A stretch of 64,000 nucleotides of DNA, taken from positions 23,684,001 to 23,748,000 of the forward strand of contig OX597823.1 in assembly GCA_951406725.2 (NCBI GenBank), read 5' to 3'. The translations under genes were made by a program, and so were the position numbers. The DNA is from Octopus vulgaris (lineage: Eukaryota). A model generated the notes under the pieces. That model saw nothing but the letters and a program-made list of their open reading frames with translations, did no database searches and had not been told where the DNA came from. Within the stretch, counting starts at the first letter, position 1; the number at the start of each line of letters is the position of its first letter. Of this stretch, positions 54,650 through 62,700 are shown one piece after another.

Positions 54650-57600
54650 CTATGTATATGTACAGAGGTGGGCATTGTTAATTGAAAAATTAACTTCATT
54701 CATCATGAAACCATTAATTCTTTGCAAATTTAACAGAAGTTAACTTCAATCCATTAAAATTAGCTTTCATTGTAAAAGGCACATCTACAGTTTAATACCT
54801 CACTGACTGTGTTGCTTCATAACTTCCAGAGAAATAGAAACTTTCTAATGAAACTTAATTGCTTATAACCTGTAGATTGGGTGGTGAAGATTTGTTGGAA
54901 ACAAATTTTTTTAGGGGTTGGAGAGAGGAGTTTCAGAAAATTCACAGGATCCGACATTTTCCCGTTCATCACTTCCTGGAAAATAGGATGTTTTAACAAA
55001 ATTTTATAGAAATACATTTTAAACGGTGTAGATTACAATTGCAAAGAAATATATTGGTAAAACTTTTGAAAGAGGCTGGAGGGATGGGTGTAATTTCTGG
55101 AAAATGGAGTTTCGAATCAGACAGCCCATACAAGTTGGAAGTTCTCCGTTTTGACGGGGAATTCTTCAAATGTTTTTCACCAAAGTTTTCAGAATGATGG
55201 CAGGCATCTTTTCATGGAAAAGAAGAAAAAGATTTAAAAAATTTATTTCCTTTCATTCCCACCACTCCAGTCTGAAATGATTTTGGTCATTTTTCTTTTT
55301 CACTACACACTTGAAACCTGTGAGAGAAACATTTTAAGTTTAAAAGAGAATTGTAAATAATTTGAGAGGAGAAAGAGTAATTTAAGGTAGATCAAGCTGT
55401 TGTTTCTAGTACATCCTAAAACCCCCCTCCTCGTTTCTTTCTTCCCCACACATCTATTGATATTTTTCTGCCCATAAACAAATCTTATGGAATGATGATG
55501 TCAAAGTAACACAATTGTAGTCCCAACCAAGTGAAGCCGTGCTATATGTGTAAGGGCAAAAAACACCTAAAATCATCTTTAGTGTTCATGTTAATCTATC
55601 AAAAGTAATGCTTATTTGTTTGTTATTCTGAATTATTCAGGTTCAAGAGGGTTGTTCTCAATATTTGTTTATAACTTTGTACATGCAGATTTGAAATTTT
55701 GTCATGCAGATTTGAAATATGGTTTATAATTATGTAAATTTAGCTGATCTTGCTGAGCAAATTTGACTTTTATGTGCAGTTAAAATTAATTAACAGGTGT
55801 AAAAGAAATAGCATTATGGATAAACACTAGAATTGAAATTCTTAATGCATCTTACCTGTTTGATTTGTTACTAAAATGATACCAGATTGCAACTGACAAA
55901 ATTTTTGCCGCTTTTAAAGATGAGGTACTTATATTTGAATCAATTGAAATACAGATATAATCAGTACAAGATTTTATGCTTTCAGGAAATATTTCATACC
56001 TTATTGGGGAATAATTTTTTCCTCACATTTTTTAGGGTACATTGAATGTATCTGACCTCCAAACGTGCTGCAAGTCACTTTTTTCTGGAACAGAGAAGAG
56101 GGAAGGGTAGTGGGGACCATGTTATTTTGCATCCTTTCAATGAAAGTGACATCGAAGTCATGCATAAACAGCTTTTTTTTCCAGAAAAGGAAAGATTTTG
56201 CTGCTCTTTCTAGCGTACCTTCTACCATGCTACACCGAAATATTTACCAACCTTTTTCCTTCCATTTGCTTTTTACACTTTATGGAAGTTGGACCTCAGC
56301 GAGGTCACAGATCAAGTGGATAGACATCAATCACTGTTCCCTCTTGACAGAATAAAGAAATTTCCTGCTGTCTTTGCAAGCAGCAAGCTGATGGTTTTGG
56401 TTTCAAATCCAAGCAGGGCTAAATGATGTTCTACACATCTTTTATAATAATAAGTGGCCTATATCAGGGTTGAAAGGATGGTACATACAATATTAAATAT
56501 GCTAAAATAATCTGAAAACATTAGAAACTTTTAAATGTTCACTGGTTCTTTTGAAATTTTTGGGTTAATGGACTTGAGTTAACAGAAGTCAAATGTAGTG
56601 GAAGTTAATTTGTCTGATAAAGATTTTCAAAGTTACCTTGAAAGTTAAATTGCTAACTTTGTTAATTAACAATTCATGGATTAACAGACTAACACCCAGT
56701 TCTGTATATATATATTGCACCAGCATTACTTGAGGTAGTGATGACACACCAAATATATATACAGCACGAGACTGAACGTTAATTTTATACCAGTGTTTTT
56801 GTAAAACCATCGCTACATTTGATCATACACATTGTTTATGTCAACAGGATAATTTTTAAGTTAATGAGCCAATAGAACCTCATTCAAATTTGGCTACTTG
56901 CTGGTTTCTCTCCCTTTCTCGCTGTCATAATTATAGTATCGATTACTATATCTAGTGGTAATATAAACTAAATGTTTCAAAGCCATGATTATTTTTAATC
57001 TCTGCTGAATCTCCCATCAGTGAGATGTGCATATCAAATGCAATGAAGATATCTTTGCAGGTTGTTTTGGAAAAACTGCATCCAGTAACTATCTCCATTA
57101 TTTTGTTGAGTGCTTAGATGCTGCCCAAGCACCCTACACCTTCTATGGCTTCTGGCAGGGAACCTGCTGGATATGTCCCAGAAAGGTAACAGTTATGCTG
57201 CAGTAGGTCACTGTTATATTGTCAACAAAAGCACCATAAGCTACATAAAGTAAAACAAGGTGGCAAAAAAGGCTATCATAGCAGTAATTTTCTGTGGAAG
57301 TGTCAAAAGATATCGATAGTGAGAAATAAGAACTTTGTCGGGATGGAATCTACCTTGGCATTGTGGCTGCAAGAAGAAAAGCATCCCCTTGAGCGGTAAG
57401 ATCATCAGTGAGAAAGCGTGGAAATTATACCAGCAGTTCAACAGAGAAGACAGAGCAGAAGATACTGAAGAACTGTGACCAAGACCATTGGCAGCATTAG
57501 AGCTCAAAGATTTTCAAACCATCAAGGTATGGTTTGACCGTTCCCAGAAATGGTTTAAAGTAAAGTGTTTCCCTGAAAAGAGAGAGACCATCAGCCAACA

Positions 57601-59082
57601 AAAACACCACTAAGAAGTAACATTAGACCTTCAAGTAATCATCAGGAACAAGAGTTACAAGCCAGATCGAGTTTCCAGTGCAGATGAGACTGGCTTGTTC
57701 TGGAAGAAGATGCCTTCTAGAATGTACATCATGAAGGACGAAGCCAGAGCCCTAGCATTTAAGGCACAGAAGGACAGAGTTATGCAAATTATGTGTGGCA
57801 ATGCTGCTGGCTTCATAATGAAACCAGGACTTATCAAAAAGTTTGTAAACCCAAGGCCTTGAAAAATGAGAATAAAAACCTGCTGCCTGTCCACTGGATG
57901 CACAGCCCAAGGCCCAGTTTACCAAAAGTCTAACTTTGAATTGGTTCCACAAATGCTTCATCTCTGAAGCCAAGGAATACCTCCAAAATTTTGCATGCAA
58001 TTCAAGGTGTTGCTTGTTATGGATAATGCTGGTGGTCACTCTTTGGATTTGAATTATGAGGGAGTTCAAGTAGCGTTCCTCCCTGCCAACACCACCTCTC
58101 ATCAAGCCTATGGATCAAGGATGATCTGTGTTTTCCACACTCTTTACACACAGAACACTCTCCAACAATGGATTCGGACAAGAATTTCTAGTTAAAGGAG
58201 TATTGGTGTAACATTTTGATTGCAGTGTGACTGTCAGTCATCCACATTGCTCTTAAAGACATGGAAAATGAAAATCTCATCTCATGCTGGAAGAAAGTGT
58301 GGCCAGAGTGTGTCGAGGACTACGAGGGCTTCTCACCTGAAGGTATTCAACATGAGATTGTGAACAATGTGGTGAAACTGGCAAAGGTACCTAGTGGTGA
58401 CAGTTTTGCTGACATCACAGAAGAGGAGGTCAACGACCTCATCAATGCCTACTCTGAAACCCTGACAGACAAAGATTTATTGGAGTTAATGAAATCTACC
58501 AGTGAGGAGGAAGTAGAAGTGCCAGATACAGAGGAAGAGGAAGAGGAAGATGGGCCTGCCAATTGAACATCTTCTGACCTATTAAAAACAGCAAAGGAAT
58601 TGCAAGTGAAGGCAGAATCATGGGATCTCTATATTATTCAGTCTCTCCAATTTAAAAATACCTTTGATGCTTCTATAGAGATATATAAAACTCTCCTGAA
58701 AACCATGAAGAAACAACAACAGCAACTTCCCATCACAATGTTCCTCAAGGCCACAAAGAAAGCCTTGCACAAAGATACAACATCCCCCTAAAACACCTGA
58801 AGAAGAGGTGTCTCATGAAGAGTTTTAAATCTTCTTTGCTGTGCAGTCATTAAATTCATTATTTTCATCATCATCGTCTTAAATCAATATCATTCATTAT
58901 TGGTGAGTAACAATTAATTTTACTTTGTTTAAAAAAAATTATTATTAAATATATATATATATTTAAAATATTTTACGTTATATTTTGATGTTTATAAGCA
59001 TTTTTATGGAGCGCATACAATATTCACAGTTTCACAATTCGTGGGTGCTCTAGGAACATAAACCCCACGAATACTGGGAGAA

Positions 59083-59118
<36 letters not shown>

Positions 59119-59680
59119 AGTAGTTCATGTATCCAAAAAAGAAGCACAAACTCAAAACTTACAGTAGTAATGTATATATTTTAGGAACTCAAAAGTTATG
59201 GCTGTTCATAGGGTGACTTGTTTTCGCACCTATAAAGTACTTAGGAGTAGAAGTGACTAGCCACACTCAAATGGCTGAAGGTGTGTATTCAGGTACCTTA
59301 GCTCCTTCGCCTTTAGCCACTTCAGTCAGAAGAGTTGCCTATGCTACTAAGCACTTTAAGGTGCAAAACCAATGAAAGAGAGAGAGAGGAAGAAAGAAAG
59401 AGAGACTAAGATTTATTAATATATACAGTATTTAAATGTGAGCTAGTTTTAATTTCAAGCTGATATCCAAATACTCTGTAAATTTGAAGTTAGTTACCTC
59501 TCACTGGACAGAGGACATACTTTGTTGATGCTACTAATAATGGAACTATAAATTGTATTTATATATATTTGTGTGGGTGTTTGGATTTGTGCATGTGTTT
59601 GCATACACACACATATTTTTACATATGCGTATATATATAAATACATATGCACAAAGATATGTGTATATCTATACATGTAG

Positions 59681-59721
<41 letters not shown>

Positions 59722-62700
59722 GTCATTGCATAAATAATGCTCTCTTTTTTCATACTTCTTTTATATTTCAAAATTAAGAGAAAGTTCTTTTTCTATCTAA
59801 AATATACTCTCCTTCAGCTTGTAAATTTGCAAGGCCCGTCTTCCAAAATTCACTTTTCTGTGACAAAAGATACTCCTCCAGTACTGTTCTCACCTCATCC
59901 ACAGAATGTATAACTTTTCCATCCAAATGACTTTGAAGATTTTGGATTAACTGATCATCAGATTGGGTAATGTCTGGTGAATACGGTGGCTGGGGCATCA
60001 TTTCCCATTCAAGCTGCTCCAACCTTTGGAATGTCATCCTTATAGTATGTGGGTGAACATTTCCCTGATGGAAGAACACCTTTCGTCTTGAAATCCAAAA
60101 CCATTGTTTTCCATCTAGCGCTGACTTAAGCCGCTCAATCTGTTCATAGAAGTTCTCCTTTGTCATCATTTGCTTTGGGTTTAAAAGTTTAAAGTGGACT
60201 AAACCTTTCATATCACGCCAAACATAACAACATTTTATGTGGGTGAAGACCTTGTTTAGCTTAGGGTACTGGTGTTTCTCCTTTCCCTATCCCTGGTCTT
60301 CAGCACTTAACATTTTTATAGATAACCCTTTTCTTGTCTCCAGTCATATTCAGTCCAAAGAAGGTTCATTCGTGAGGCATGACAGCAAACAGCACACTTT
60401 TACTCTCTGAGCGCAATTACTCAGAAAGTTTGTGTAGCACCCATTGACCCAATTTGTTGAATTTTCTAATGGCCCGCAAGTATCACTGACTGGCTGAAGA
60501 ACCAAATCCAAATTTATTTGCTTGTTCCTCAACTGTTACAATGGGATTTTGTTCCATCATGGTTTGCAGGATGTCCCCATATGTAACTGTAATTATTGGG
60601 GCCCTGGGATATGTAACACACTCTCTAAATACCAATCTTGCAAAATTAGGCTTGTGAAAACCAGGAAGGAGAAAGCCAATTTGAAGACTACAGATCCAAT
60701 CCATCATTGGAACAGTAACAATCTGTAAAACTTTCCCGAAGTTTATCGTTTAAATATATATCAACATGTCTAAAAATGCAAGTATATGCATGAGAATACA
60801 TGCATAAAACAAAACATATGAATCTGCACATATACATACATACAAACAAAAATACTCGGTTGTTAATGTTGAAATTCCAATGAAGGAGTCTTAGATCCAA
60901 GTCAGAAACTGGTTCTTTCTCTGTTGGCAAGAAATCTTGAAATAAAACTTAACAATGACATACATAAATATATATATATGCCTATTTCTGTCTGTGTACA
61001 TGCTTCTTCAGTGTGTTTCAGTCAATATCTTTATTCTAAATTTGTCATTATCTCCCCATCCTTACACTTCTCCTAACATATAATTACCATTGATACCGTT
61101 TTCTCTGTATCATTTCCAGTGTTTTCCAAAGTGGATTGTGGACCACCAAAAGACATTGCTAGTGCTTCAAAGTCCTATAAAAGCACTACCTATAAATCTC
61201 AAGTAATCTACACTTGTCCAGAAGGAGAAACATTAAAATCGAGATGTGAAGACGACAATAAATGGACTCCAGTACCATCTACCTGTAAAGGTAATGTAAA
61301 GAGGCTCTCTCTTGTTGTTTCCAACTACATTATTTTTTTTTGTGTGTGTGTTAAGTGTTTTTGTCAGAGGAAGAAATGCTGTATCCATGCCAATTTCCAT
61401 TGTGAATTTCACTGTTGGGAAAGATAGAAGTTAATGTCAGCAGAAACCTCTTCAAATGCTTGCAAGAGTGTCGGCTTTGTGAGTGTTACTCAAAGGGAGG
61501 ATGATTCGTGTTGTGCCAAACAAGCACAGGAAGAATTGAATCTTGTCCCTACCTGAAATTTCCATGGAGTTTTCATCAACTAAATTTCATGTGCAAGGCT
61601 TAGATGTGAAGCAAATTCTTAAGCACACAGATAGAACCCTGCGCAATATTCCATTGTTTTTAAGCAAACTATTATGACCACAGCTATAACTCAGCTCGTG
61701 TAATTTTTTTCTATAATTTCTCACATGACTTTTCTCATCCATATTTTGTGTCATCATCTATTACTCTGTACAATACAATGCACTGAGTTCTTCTTTACTA
61801 GAATTCAGCAATCCTCTGAAACAGACTTCCGATGCTCAAGTGATATTCCATCCAGTCCATAATCCTAAATTATAACAACACAAATAATAATAATGATTCT
61901 TTCTAATTTGGGAAAAGAAAGCCAATAATTTTCTATATGTTGTAGATTAAGTTCCATTTTGTTGTTTTCGTATAGATTATTGGTTTGAGGATGTATCCAT
62001 CGGTTACAATATAATTAAGTTGACTAAATATGTTTGGGTGTGTGATATGTATATGTCTTCCAATTAAACGAAGTCCTTTTTGCATCCTGCTGTTGGTAGA
62101 ATGAAAAGAAAAGTCAAATTCATTTTTGTGGAGAAATGTAAAAAAGATCAGATACAAAGACAGTTTCAACGAATTCTCTTTTTATTTCAAGGATATATGC
62201 TATTACATGTAAATACATCAGGAGTAATCTCCCTTCGTCAGCGAAAGTAACTGGAAGAGTATCGTATTGTAGAATGTTATTTCTAGGTTTTCGTCTAAAG
62301 GTTTGTCCATAAAGAAGTGAAAGGAATCATATTGCTTATCAAGTCCATTGAAACTACACTTGAGAAAGAGTTTAGCTTTATGACTTATGGTCATTATTGA
62401 GAAGGATAACGTCTTATGTCATTAGTAGAAGAATGTCAAAATTCAACAAGGAGTGTATGTGAGTTTCAGTGACATAGCTTCCCAAAGGCAAACTATCCAC
62501 TTATTAAAATCAGAAAAAATATCATGGTTTTTATAACTTCCCATGGAAATTTCTAGAAGCGTTCTGAAATATGATTTAAAATAATTTAGGCTAAAATGGA
62601 GAATGATTTTGGATGAAATCTATAGCGGCTGTCGTTGGCTGTTCAAGAGCTTGTTATTAAATGGAAAAACAGTATGAATCACCATAAGACACTTTTGTGT

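Noticed and set aside
57280-58790. Domesticated TIGD/JRK-like host gene
   Set aside because: Multiple frameshifts and stops show it is a dead Tigger transposase.
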